Part shown: piece after piece, positions 38,638-50,871 of the stretch
How the letters are laid out: every line of letters starts with the position of its first letter
Position numbering within the stretch: the first letter of the stretch is position 1
Assembly: GCA_002104905.1 (NCBI GenBank)
Contig: MCFE01000445.1
Span: forward strand, 1-64,000
Origin: Basidiobolus meristosporus CBS 931.73
Taxonomy: Eukaryota > Fungi > Basidiobolomycota
Reading direction: 5' to 3'
DNA: 64,000 bases
Program-made: the position numbers and the translations under genes
The notes under the pieces: generated by a model
The model's database searches: none
What the model saw: the letters and a program-made list of their open reading frames with translations, nothing else
What the model was told of the DNA's origin: nothing

Positions 38638-41600
38638 TTACTGTCGAATAGCACTCTGCGCAAGTATTGTCAATAGCAATTATATTTTCTCCCAACCTCT
38701 TCACACGGCCTCGCCACCCCTCCTCAGCCATATATAGAACTCTGGTTGGGCCCTGAGTCCAATCCTCGTTGTAATTATTCACCCTGGTCTAACCTAGTTG
38801 ACTTGCTTCTTGGTCTGTTAGCTTTGTAGCATACTACCCTCTCTCTTTTAGTCCTTGTCACTTATCTACAACCTATCTGATTTTTTCCTGCCATGCTATA
38901 TTTTATTTCCATTTGTGTCAATGGCATGTGTCTCATTGCGCTTAATAAATTCTGATCATCTCATAATCCATCCGTGCTTCTCGCCTATACATCCGCAAGA
39001 AAACCCAGTCTTGCTACGGATGGACTCCAGTCGAAAGCAGACCAGCAATTCCAGTTGCCTAAACCAAACCATGGAGAACCTTACTCCCCACGAATTGGGA
39101 TGGCCACGAGTCTCGGAATTTATTGAACTTACTAATTCTCCTACATATGTTCTCAAGCCTTCCTCTCGCCAGCTTGAGCAGAGTCTTAACAAAATGGGAA
39201 TCTAGGCATGGATTGCGACCAAGAAACTTCCAAGCATCATTAGCAAACATACCAAATTAGGGAATGACATATCGATGTATCCCTTTTTGGAACCCAATGT
39301 ATTTTTATGTCTGGGACTCACATTGTATATATATATTGTGGTGGTTCTAAAAGGATGTTCAGCGTAGGGGTACTCATGCTTTTGGGGTGCTGGGATGGCC
39401 GGATTACCATACTGAAACCCCGACCCCGAAGGAACCTTCACTGGTGAAAATGACCAATTTCGTGGAATCACGATTACTGGCACCACCTGCGACCATTTGC
39501 CGTTCGACTACACATGAATCAGCATCAAATTAGTGCAGTAGCCTGTGAGGCAGGGCTAGTCAATCATACTGCAGACAAGACCAGCTCACTGATCCTGGAA
39601 TGATCCAGCCATGATTTCCATGACTTGCAATGACCATCGGCAGTTTGGGCATGCGCTGAGGATGATCTGGTTCATATGAATGAGACTGGGAGTAGTTGGG
39701 TCCTGATACATGGCCTTCATTGCTCTCAGGCGTCTGATGGACCCAGTGATTAATATCCATTGCCTTAGACATTTCCGGGCCCCTCAGAGCAAATCACATC
39801 CTGTAGCATCTGGCGCTTCCGCCTTGGATTGGTGCTGAGGGGCAAATATCACTCTCCTAAATTATGGATCCAGGGTTGATGCACACCAGCCATTGCAAAA
39901 CAAAGTGTGGAATTGCTGGTGTGCATCCGGATTTGATACAAACCTCTTGTGCTGTATCGCATTTGGTGCATTTCCACCAACCTTTGGTACATGTCTGTGC
40001 CTGAAACAGCGGGTCTCCATGCTCGCTTGATGTAGCCATAGTTGACGTCTGAAGATTTCAAGTGGCCAAGGTTAAGATGCCTGTGTTGATGCATCCCAAA
40101 AACATTCATTAGTAAGTGCCACACATGCCATGTAGCACTTATCACCACCCATGACGGTGCCCAAAACGTAGCCTATAGCCTGGGACAACACCGGTTACAG
40201 TAGAGTTGTCGGATGGTGTAAATCACGTCTCTCGAAATGGGATGTGGGCCATCCAGGATGTTTTAGACACCAACGTCGCCAATTCAGCAGTATATACAAG
40301 GATAAAGACTCATTAGTTACTGCATACTCAAAGGTTTCCACCAGCCACCATCCGGGCTCCCCTGATCTGTCTCTCAAGATCCACTGCGCTTCGGACGTTA
40401 GTTCTTTGATAAATGTACTAGCGGCTTGGGCGGGGCAGGCGGCTAGGGATGCGAGAGGTACCGGCCATGCATCGTCCTCCCACACAACCTTTTCACATCC
40501 AGGCTCGATGGCTGATCGGATATCTCTATGGTTTGTTATTTTCCCCAGAGGCATGAGGCCAGTGGATATGCACTCCCATAGATGTTGGGCAGCCTATGGA
40601 ATATCGATGGAGGGCAATTGATCTCCTTGGACGAAACCCATCTTCGAAATCAAATGGCCTATGATGTCTTGATGAAACCTGTGTCTTACCTGTACACAGC
40701 GCAAATGGTCTTACCAAATACATCCAGAAAAGTACAAGCGCACTTGTCTAAGCCATGGGCACATTGCGAACCATCCACCTACTTCTCTAGAGATTCAGGC
40801 CATATGGTCAGCTTGACCTATCCAAATGATGAAATCACCCAGGAAACAGCATGCGTCGGTCTCCTCTGATGCATACATATATATATGTGAATCCAACCCG
40901 GATCTACACAATAACGTAGGCATATGCCCCAGACAAAGCAACATATTACATTGGAGATGTGGTGCTTATGGGTCTCTCAGCGCTTCTCTGGATCCGAGTT
41001 AGCCTAGCCTAAGAGACGAGTGATTATCGACTTCAGTAGTGCTATGCCCCCCTGTATATATACACGGTGATCACAGAGGGGCTGGGGACCACAAGCGGGC
41101 CACTCTCTAGAGTAGCAGTATTGAGATTCACAAATCCAGCGAATGTACTTGAATATCCACCCTAGTTTGTTGCATAAAAAGCTAGCATTTGGAAACGGGT
41201 GGTAGTACAAATATCACATTACTGACACAGGAATGGGCTTTGACTCCCTCTTTGTGATGCTTTTCTTGGCCCTATCTGTGCTTGCCATGGTCTTGGGAAT
41301 TTGCCTACTAAATGCCACTCTCTGATAAGGTTGTTCCAAATGACGAGGCATCCGAGCCATTTGGCTCTCTCCGGTAGCACCTAGGGGCATTTCAAACTGA
41401 GGTAGCAATTTGTACTCAGTGCTTATCAAGGAATTGATGACGTATAATAATGGTTGTATTAAAGCCAAGGATCAAGTTTAACAAGTCAGCACTGGATTCC
41501 CCCTTGACGAGTATCAAAGTCGACGTATTAGGAAAGTTTGTAATTTAGCTTGCCAGACAAGTGATGGGCATGGATGCGATCTCATTACTATCTTGGTGAT

Positions 41601-41781
41601 GATTAGAGACTTGCGAGGATGCAAATAGGGGTTTAGAGTAGTAGCCATGGTGATTGGTTGTAGTCCTACGGAGTTGCGAGATGAAGGCAAGATCTTGGGC
41701 GGTGCATAAATAGGGAGTGGAGTGTAGGCCAAGAACTACGTCAAATCTCCTTCACTAATTCTCTAATCACCCACTTATAGA

Positions 41782-43554
41782 ATGGTGTCTACGGTTAATT
41801 CAGGCGTTAGTCAAAAGCCTGTGTCCAATACAACTCTGTTGAGTTGGAGTCAGTACCTCCATTCAATATTCGTCAGCTTCACCACCAAAACATGGTACAC
41901 GTTCAACGTGTTGATATTCGGCTTACTTTCGATCACCGTCCTTCCAGTACTTTACGTGACCAAGCCGGTGTTTGACCTACTTGTTGATCGCTTTCAGAAA
42001 TCTGCCTTGTATGAGCCGATCACCGATTTCTTAACCAAGAACCGAGGGTTCTTCATCCTATGCTTCGCTCTACCCTTGAGTTTTCTGTTTGATGGGTATT
42101 TCCGTCTTCGCAACTGGTACGTCCGGAAATTCCTCTCCACTCCTTACCTGCATGACCAGCGTGTACGGGAAGTCCAGGAGCAAGTCAGACGCTGGAATCG
42201 CAATGGCCGCAAGAAGCCGATGTGTACCGCACGTCCGACCTGGATGACCATGTCCACTCGTAATGCCACGTTTAAGAGTGATTGCTCAAGGATCAGTGTC
42301 AACTTGCACGACATCTTGGAGGTAGATACCGAGCGCCAACTCGTCCGCTGTGAGCCCTTGGTGGACATGGGCCAGTTGTCCGCTCATTTGACTCCTATGG
42401 GCTACCAACTTGCCCTGATGATTGAGATGGAGGATCTGACGGTTGGCGGATTATTGATGGGCGTTGGCATTGAGGTCAACTCACATAAGCATGGATTCTT
42501 GACTGACACAGTTGAATCGTACGAGCTCGTACTAGGTGATGGCTCTTTAGCCCGTGCCTCCCGCACGGAGAATGCCGATCTTTTCTACGCTCTCCCTTGG
42601 AGTCATGGAACACTGGGATTTCTGGTTTCAGTAGAACTCAAGATCATTCCATGTCAGTCCCACATGCACCTCACCTATATCCCTTGCCATTCCCAAGATG
42701 AGATGGAGGAGAAGATCACCGCACTCACCCAGTCACCAAACGGCCCCAACTTCGTTGAGATGACCATCTTCAGCAAAGACACCGCAGTAATCATGACCGG
42801 TGAGTTTGACACGGTAGATACCTCGGAGAAGAAGGCAAAGGAAAATCATGTCAATTACTGGTGGAAGCCATGGTTCTACAAACACACCGAGACCGCCCTA
42901 ACCAAGGGCACCTTTGATGAATACATCCCGCTCCGGCACTACATCCACCGTCACACGCGGAGTATTTTCTGGGAGCTTGAGGACCTGATTCCATTCAGTA
43001 ACCACTGGGCCTACCGTTATTTCCTTGGTTGGTTAGGTGCACCCAAGGTATCGTTCGTTAAACTGACGTACACGGAGAAGATTCGTAAGGAGATTGCTTT
43101 CAAACATGTGGTCCAGGATGTCATGGTTCCTTTGTCTGAATTGAAGAACGCGATTGATCTATTCGATGAGATATTCGCTATCTACCCGTTGCTGTTCTAT
43201 ACCGTCCGCGTCTACAACAAGCCTGAAGGCTTGTCTGGATTCGTGCGCAATCCACGAAACACTCTGCCTAACACCGACCCAGGGTACGATATTTTCTTCG
43301 ACTTGGGTGCCTATGGCATCCCTCCCGCAGTGAAAGCCAACAAGGCTTGGGACGCCATCGCTGCAGTTAGAAAAATGGAGAAATTCACCAGAGACGTGGG
43401 CGGTTATCAGATGATGTACGCGGACAACTTCATGAACCGCGAGGAGTTTGAAGAGATGTTCGACCACACACTCTACCGTAAAGTACGCGAGAAGTACAAT
43501 GCGGTGGGAGCGTTTCCAGAATTCTGGGACAAAGTCAAAGGCGGCCAATGGTAG
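41782..43554 (+). CDS. DHCR24: Delta(24)-sterol reductase (DHCR24/DWF1-type FAD oxidoreductase), intronless, 590 aa
   Basis: N-terminal TM segments, then HDQRVREVQEQV, PMCTARPTW, EPLVDMGQL, EMEDLTVGGLLMGVGIEVNSHKHG, DLFYALPWSHGTLGFLV, YIHRHTRSIFWE, GYQMMYAD and AFPEFWDKV. Confidence 0.95.
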   Translation: MVSTVNSGVSQKPVSNTTLLSWSQYLHSIFVSFTTKTWYTFNVLIFGLLSITVLPVLYVTKPVFDLLVDRFQKSALYEPITDFLTKNRGFFILCFALPLSFLFDGYFRLRNWYVRKFLSTPYLHDQRVREVQEQVRRWNRNGRKKPMCTARPTWMTMSTRNATFKSDCSRISVNLHDILEVDTERQLVRCEPLVDMGQLSAHLTPMGYQLALMIEMEDLTVGGLLMGVGIEVNSHKHGFLTDTVESYELVLGDGSLARASRTENADLFYALPWSHGTLGFLVSVELKIIPCQSHMHLTYIPCHSQDEMEEKITALTQSPNGPNFVEMTIFSKDTAVIMTGEFDTVDTSEKKAKENHVNYWWKPWFYKHTETALTKGTFDEYIPLRHYIHRHTRSIFWELEDLIPFSNHWAYRYFLGWLGAPKVSFVKLTYTEKIRKEIAFKHVVQDVMVPLSELKNAIDLFDEIFAIYPLLFYTVRVYNKPEGLSGFVRNPRNTLPNTDPGYDIFFDLGAYGIPPAVKANKAWDAIAAVRKMEKFTRDVGGYQMMYADNFMNREEFEEMFDHTLYRKVREKYNAVGAFPEFWDKVKGGQW

Positions 43555-43869
43555 CGAGGACATTTAGTGTAGGCGCCCTTCAAAATTCCTATTTATCTCT
43601 TTCACCCATCTCTACAATAAAGCTATTCACATAATTTCCCAACCAACCATTCAGCCTGAAAAGGAGATCTGCTTGGAGATACTGCTCTCCATCCTATTGA
43701 CATACTTGGTAATCCTCTGGTCCCAAACCAGGGAATGTGCAACGTTTGCTACCTGCTGCAGAGTAGTAGCGATCCTTGATCGGCGCTGAAACATGCGTTT
43801 ATTTGGCTCACTCAACAATGAATTAAATGGTTGGGGGAGAATGGAAAAGGATAAACGGGATTGAACAGA

Positions 43870-46267
43870 TTAGCCAGATTTGCGACTGATCAAGCCCTTC
43901 ATCATGTCGAAACTGTTGCCGTCCGGTTGCAGTGTGTAAATCTGCTGTTGATCCATGTTATTTTCATCAACAGCTACAGTCTCCAAAAATCCGTAATCGT
44001 GTGTAATTCCAATAACTCTGACTCGAGCGTTATCATGCTCTTGCAGTGTGATAATCTTATGGCTATCAAAAAGGTGTAAGCAGTAGATAGAATGAGGGAG
44101 CCATTATTACTGAGCGTACCTATGCAACCACCTCTTGTAGTAAAGCTCCAAGAAGGGAACGAAGCCATTTCCGTTTTCGCAGAACCTATTGTAGAAATGA
44201 TTAAATGTGGCGAAGATGGATGCAGCCAACTCTTCTTGTGAGAATAGGGGAAGCTTTGAAAGATGGTGCTCGTTGTAGCATTCAATAAGTCGGTTGATGG
44301 AGGTGGTGGGGTAGGAGTTGTCTGCGTTAACGCCCGCGCCTAAAACAATTGAACAGATTAGATTGACATTATCGAAAGCCTCTCGAAAAGCATAGTAAGG
44401 GAGGTTTCATTACCAGCAACAAGTTCAAACTCGTTATTGCTAAAGCTGGAGTTCACTAAGATTCCCGCAATCTTGACATATTTGGGTTCACTTGTGTACA
44501 TAGTTTCCGGTGTAGCAGCATAAACATCGTTGGGCCACTTGATTCGTATGGGGATATCCTAAGATTCACCATGTGTTAGTTTGGCGCTTTGATCCGATTC
44601 GTGGGTTGTTGCGTGCCAACCTCATAGCCAGATTTTGCTCTCACTGCCTCCACAATGGCAAGAGAGAGTAGATATTGCACAAATATAGCCGAGCCAGTAG
44701 ACTTCAAAGGATGGCGGAGAAGAAGTGAAAACTGGAGACAGCCAGGTGGAGACACCCAAGAATTCTGCCCGCGACCTTTGATCATATTCAATTAGTACAG
44801 AAAGAAACGCCTGCTTACAGATTCATCTTACCTTTGCCTGATAGCTGTTTGGTGCCCAAGCAAACCACGCCATTAGGTAGGTTGCTAGCAAAGACGGGGT
44901 TTCTGGAGCATGGGGTTAGCTATATACTGTGCTTGGAAGCCATTTTCAAACAATCCCTACTTTGTTATCACCGTTTGCGTTGAGGTGATTACTTCAGAAT
45001 ACATCAAATACGATCCGAACTGGGAAGTTATGGGACTGGCTTTCAAGCGCACCCATTCCTTCTGAAGCTTCTCGAAGTATTCGTTGATGTTGAACTCGGG
45101 CGTGAAAGAGGATTTAGGGGGATTTCTATGGCAAGTAATGATGGTCTTCTCGTTCTCTTCGACGCTTACTTTCATCCCTGCTACCTCGCTAGTGATGTCG
45201 TCTTTGAATACGAAATTGAAGGTGTCTGCAATATCCTTAAACTTATTCTCCTTGTCAGATAAATCTTGGAAGCGCTTTGATACAGGTTCCATAGCACTTG
45301 ATGGTGTGGAACAGAAGTATATCGGTGTTGGATCAGGAAGGACGAATCCACACTGGTTCAGAGTCAAACCAACTTGAGAAAAGAGTGCACGCATCAATGC
45401 CTCTCTACCAGTCTCATGCTCACTAAGCTCATCTATCAGCTGAGGCTTTTCGTATTGCTTGGGGTTAAATCTTTCAGACGAGTACTCTGGATGGACTCCT
45501 GTGAGAATCGCTGCTCCTTTTCCGACCTGACATTTGACTATAGCTGGCTTTGGTTCGGAGTTTCCTATTTTTTCATACCACGCCAGCACCTTGGTATTCT
45601 GGTGCTGGTACGGCTTAGCGAAATAACCACCACCGTTGTAATACACCTTCAGCTTTCGTGGTATTTCTTTGTTCCCGAAGGCAAATACGGGGTCGAGCTC
45701 TATGGAGGCAGCTTTGGCGCCTGCTTCACTGTCATAAACGAAGCCAGGATACACACATCCTCTGCAGCAGCCTGGGTAGAATTTCAACTCTCGCTCACCT
45801 AGCACTTCCAGGCTTGTCCCTTTTTCAAACTCCACTTCGGCTGAGCCGTAGTACCCGCCAGCACAAAAGCCCAGGTAGTTTCCACCTTCGTTCACAAACT
45901 TCTTGATGCGATCATTCACTACCCCATCAAGATCACGGCAATAAGGTAGATCTCTTCCACCAGGAATAACGACCAGAGCAGTCTTGTCTTCCCAGGGCTC
46001 ATCGCGTAACACCTTCTTATCAACTTTCGTGACAGCGTAATGGTCGCCTAGGAGTTTCTTTAGACAGAATTCTGTTTGTTGAAGAGATGCGGGTGAGGTG
46101 CCCTCGCCCGAGTATAGTAGAATATTCATATTGGAGGTGTGTTCAGCTGGGGCGGTGATGGCCAAGGGAAACAGGTGCTGTCTGCTCACAGAGGAGGTTA
46201 CGATAAATCGAGAAAATAGCGAATTCTTGAAGCCTGAATTAAGGAAATGTTGTCTTACTCGAATCAT
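43870..46267 (-). CDS. BPL1: Biotin-protein ligase / holocarboxylase synthetase (BPL_N + BPL catalytic + C-terminal domain), multi-exon
   Basis: NILLYSGEGTS..LVVIPGGRDLPY..YLGFCAGGYY..TGVHPE..STQT..GRGQNSWVSPPGCLQFS..IKWPNDVY..KIAGILVN..GAGVN..QPDGNSFDMMKGLI. There are two candidate starts, 46267 and 46129. Confidence 0.95.
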
Positions 46268-47207
46268 TCAAAATTCATAATTTTCTAACTTGGGGCTTCG
46301 TCCCATTCATTGGCACCCATGTTTTTCGAGGAACCTTTTATATCTCTCATCCTTCTCGACGAATCTAACCCTTGAATCCTATTGCCCGCAATGACCATTT
46401 CCATGGAATTTTTTGGAATGAAATGGCCCTCGAGATCCTGAGTGGCTTAGTGTCAGGGCAATCATGGCTATGAGTGAATGGATCACCAATATTTCCCAAG
46501 CTCCCTTGACTTTCTCACAATGCCAAATGCGATTGGACCAGCTTGACAAGCCAATTTATCCGTTCTCGCTCACGCTCCACCACTTCCCTGGTTTCCCAGT
46601 GACCCACCGATACCGGCTGCCGCGTTCACTTCGTTTCAAGCGTGGTACATATACAGCTTGAGCATCAGACGTTTACACGCTTTAAATGATGCACTTGGGA
46701 ACGTACTGGGGTGGTCGAGGACTAGTGAATTCATTAGATTTACGGTGGCGTTCAATTTCTCTCTCAAACACGGCAGCCTTCCTTCTAGATTGCGTAGGTG
46801 GTGCGGATGCCGATGCACCATTTTCGGGCTAACCTTGTACTACATACTGGCACTTATCCCGTTATATTCACATTCATAGATGGCTTTCATATGAATACAT
46901 CTGGGGCTATTGCTGAAGCAGCTGATCCCAATCGGAGAGTTGCGCAGATCTTGTTTAGAGTCATTCTTTTAATTCGAAAGACCGGTAAAATTAGGACACT
47001 CTACAAATGGGATTATTGTTCCAAAAAAAAAAGTGGATTTAGACAGTAGCATAGCCGAAGAATGACAAAGGAAAGTGCGCTAAACGAGCTACATAGGGGT
47101 GGGTAAGACTGATCGAGGGGGAGGGGGGGGGGTTCTTTACATAAACAACGGTTGGTGATTGCTAGCAGTGGTGAGTTGTGTAGTAGTGCGGATATAATGT
47201 GTATCAT

Positions 47208-49922
47208 TTATTCCTTTCTAATGCCATGTATCCCAAAGTCCATAACTTCAAACCATGTTTGGCCTTGTCTTTGCACCGCTGCAACACATCGTCGGTGATC
47301 AAACTGAACCTGCCAGACTCCGCTTAACCCTTGTATCAGGTCACGGATCAACCTTCCGGTACGTATATCCCACATTTTTAAGGTACCGTCAGAGCCTGAG
47401 ATAACCTTATTTCCATCATGCTGGAAGCATGTGATGGCGCCCGTATGTGCCGACAAAACGTTAAGACATGTACCGTCGTTAGGGGACCAAATGCGCAAAG
47501 TGGAGTCCGCAGCGGCTGACACCAAGTAATCGGGAGTGAGATTTAGCAGGCCCACCAGCGATGAATGACCTGAATGAACACAGCGAGTGAGTATTGGGAA
47601 AATTCAAGTGCAACGGTAAAATCAATATCACCTTCCAGTACATGCAAGCAGCTGCCGTTCTCTAGACTCCACACGCGGACTTTGAAGTCCATACTGCCAC
47701 TCATGCATCTATTTCGTTCACGGTCCAAAACTACACTATATACTTTTTGAGTGTGCCCAACCAAGCGCCATATATTCTCCCCAGTCATGAGATTCCATAC
47801 TCTGACCGTACAGTCATAGCTTCCACTGACAACTAAGTTTCCATGTCCAGCCAGGGCTCTCACTGAGTGTGTGTGGCCAGTGAGCGTATGTAATAGGTAT
47901 GGGTTGTTTGCAGAGGAGGTGATGATGGGATAGTTCGCTGATGAAGAATGGCCCGGATTGAACTCGGGTGTGGGGAGCCTCCAAACACGAAGGGTGGAGT
48001 CCCTGGAGCCAGTCACAATGACCGGAAATGGTGGCTCCATGATAGGGTCTCCATTGGGGTCGGGATTCACGTTGGTGGGGACAACGATTTGCAAGCACCG
48101 GACAGTGCTTGTGTGGCCATGAAATACGTGTGTACATAGCCCTTTTTCGACGTCCCAGACTCGAACTGTACGATCTGTAGAGCCAGATACCAAAGTGTTC
48201 TGTACATATTGAAGAGCCCAAACTCCTCCATCGTGACCAATCAGCCGTGTTCTCAGTTGGCCAGATTTTGTGTCATAGATATTTATACATTGATCGTCAG
48301 ACCCGGACACAATCTTATCGGAATCGAACTGCAAGCACGTAACAACATGACTTCCATGTCCTGGGAAAGAGAACGTTGAAGCTCGGCCATGGAGCCAGTT
48401 TTGGTGAAGTAGGTGATGTCTTCGGTAGATATGTTTGTAGCTGTGTTGCCACGATTCCTCGCTGCAGGCTCCAATGCTACGTTGCGACAGACGGGTTCTC
48501 TGGCTGAGGCTAGGTTGTAACCGAGAGCTTCGTAAGGTCTTGCGGGTAGGGGCTCCAGAGCTCGTGGAATCGGTGGAAGATGAGGCTACAGAGTTGGATT
48601 TTTGGGGCCTTGAGCTTGACATCAGAGGAGATATCTCGAAATCATCATAATTGGTTCGCTGGTCCGAGTCAAAGAAGTATGAAGAGAGAGAGTCGGGCTC
48701 CTCGACATTGTGTCCATGTGGCGATACCGTTTCCCCTGTGGCTTCCTGGCCAAGCTCAATTATGCTCTGCGTACTGGCCGAGTCCAATCGATCAACTGCT
48801 TTTGAAGACAGTAAACGACTATGTTGAGGATGGTCAGGAGAGCTGAGGCTATCCATGATGTCACTTTGAAAGTCGTTCTTAAATGAATTTATGCTTTCAA
48901 ATCTATGGCGCTGATTGCTCTGCGATAGGGTGCCGAGGTCATCCTCGTCCATATGGTATCCGTCTCTATCCATCAGTCGTTTCCAGGTGCTTGGTTCCGA
49001 GTCAACTACATGTCGCCAACGGCGGCTTACTTGCGCCGCACGGCACAAGCTGCGACTATCTAAGAATCCGACAATCTTGAGCGCGATTTCAAATGGTAGA
49101 TCTCCCAAGATATCTCTCCGTAGTGTTGGTAGGATTAGTGAGCTGACATATTGCAAGGTAGAGGTAGGGCATCGTTTCAGCATCTGGAATAGCAAGTAGG
49201 ATTGCAGCGTATGCGGAAGATTGTCAAAAACACTCAGCACTCCGTTCACTTCCGATTCCCCAAAGAAAGAGCTGTCGTCTATTTCGTAATCATCGAAATA
49301 GCTAGGATTGCGAACAGCAGAGAATGTAGGGGAGAGACAGGGAGAAGGAAGAGCTGGCTGATTAGAGTCCGCAAGTATGCTGGCTTTGCCATCTCCGGTG
49401 TGCTTCAGTCCTTCTGGTATACGGATTGTCTTGCGCTCTAGCCGTCGTGAAGGACCACTACTAAGAGACTCGTCGACCCCAGTTGCAATCTGCTTTTCCA
49501 AGTCAGATAGCCAGGGTGTCTAGCGAAAGGAAATGAGAGTTCTATTAGTCACTGTGCAGACAAAGAGCCAAGCAAATTGTGTTAGAGAGGCATACTTTTT
49601 TGAATGATTTATCACGAGAGCCTTTTGAGACAGATTTTAGATACTCAAGATAATGACGCTCCAGTACCGGAGGAGTAGGGGTGCCAGAGAGCGGGTATTT
49701 AGAGCTTTGAGTACGAGCAGGTAATGATAAGGTTTCGAACATTCGCAGAGATCGAGGCGAGGATCGAGGTAGAGGGGGGGCTTCTATTGCACCAAGCTCC
49801 TCCGACAATTCAATAGGGAAGCTTGTCGAGGGCGGAGTGGTTGGAAAGATTGGGCGGATGGGTGTCTGTAATAGCTCCGCAGAAGTGTGCTCATCATCTA
49901 TGTGATTAGTGTGAGGTTGCAT
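47208..49922 (-). CDS. CDC4: SCF substrate adaptor Cdc4 (F-box + WD40), 3 exons
   Basis: Dimerisation segment LQSYLLFQMLKRC, F-box RDILGDLPFEIALKIVGFLDSRSLCRAAQVSRRW, and WD repeats GHGSHVVTCLQFD, GHDGGVWAL, GHTSTVRCL, GHTHSVRAL, GHTQKVYSV, GHSSLVGLL, AHTGAITCFQHD. Confidence 0.96.
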
Positions 49923-50805
49923 TCGTAAGCCACAGCGTCCAAAGAAGCGTTCTCAAATGTTTAGAGTGGCAATAGATATATTAGTAGAGTAGATAAGATT
50001 ATACAACGGCGTACTGGGCAGCAATAGAATATAAAGGAGGGGGGTAATCCAATGAGGGATAGATATAAAGGGATTAGGGAGTAGCTACGAATAAAGAGTC
50101 CTGTGAGGAAGGAAACGCTAAGAGGATATTTTATAGTGAGACAAGTTGATACTTAACACGCAACCAGTGGGATAAGTAAAAGCGTACGATGGAGGGATAT
50201 ATAAAATAAAACTGGATAACAGGGAAATTTAGGGATAGGGTGAAGTGAGAGTGAAGTGGTGAGTGGAGGGATCGGTTATACAATGTACAATCTCAAAAAT
50301 GATGAAGAGGCAGATAGGGATTCCTCAATCAGCCATGGATCTTTTAAAATCAGGATGAAAGCCCCGCAGCACGTGCTTACCAACAAACCGATATGAAAGG
50401 GCAATAAAACATTCGGCTCTGTTCAAACAATGGCTCTTGCAGCCCCTTTTCCCAATGACAAGATCCATTACATACTGCTCATCGCCGGCCATTGGAGTGA
50501 AGCGCTCTTGAGAATTCCTCCGATAGAAACACCATGTGTAACACTGGTCAAGTGGTATTACGGATATGTATGCAAATATGCGCACCGAATCAATATTGAC
50601 AAAGTATTGATTCCAACAATTCCATAACATGGGTGGCCATCAAGGGGTATGCCAACTTCATTTCCTACAAACTCTTGGCCTGCCTTTCCACCGCCTGCAT
50701 GCTAAGCATTGTTTCTCCCTTGGACTCGATTGTTTTCATTGTCGAAAGACACAAGCCGTTGCAGCGTGTACACAGAGGTCCCTTTGTTGACGATGTCATG
50801 ATTCA

Positions 50806-50871
50806 AAAACACCAACAAACCAATCTGGTTACCATAAAACACCAACAAACCACCCTGGTTACCACAAAACA
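50806..50871 (+). repeat. 30-bp tandem duplication (about 2.2 units)
   Basis: AAAACACCAACAAACCAATCTGGTTACCAT / AAAACACCAACAAACCACCCTGGTTACCAC / AAAACA. Confidence 0.9.

Noticed and set aside
39200-39560. Tc1/mariner-like strings (VIFTSEGSF, FQYGN) on the minus strand
   Set aside because: They are in different frames with the catalytic residues missing, and no TIR or TA TSD was found.
42144-49441. Antisense and alternate-frame ORFs over DHCR24, BPL1 and CDC4 (e.g. 43159-43563, 45374-45802, 47814-48221)
   Set aside because: They are shadow ORFs of well-supported genes.
41782-49922. DHCR24-BPL1-CDC4 as a metabolic gene cluster
   Set aside because: The three functions are unrelated housekeeping roles with no shared pathway.
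50740-50805. CFHC..LC*RCH as a heme or B-box motif with a recoded TGA
   Set aside because: Cys spacing is incomplete, the frame is short, and there is no other support.
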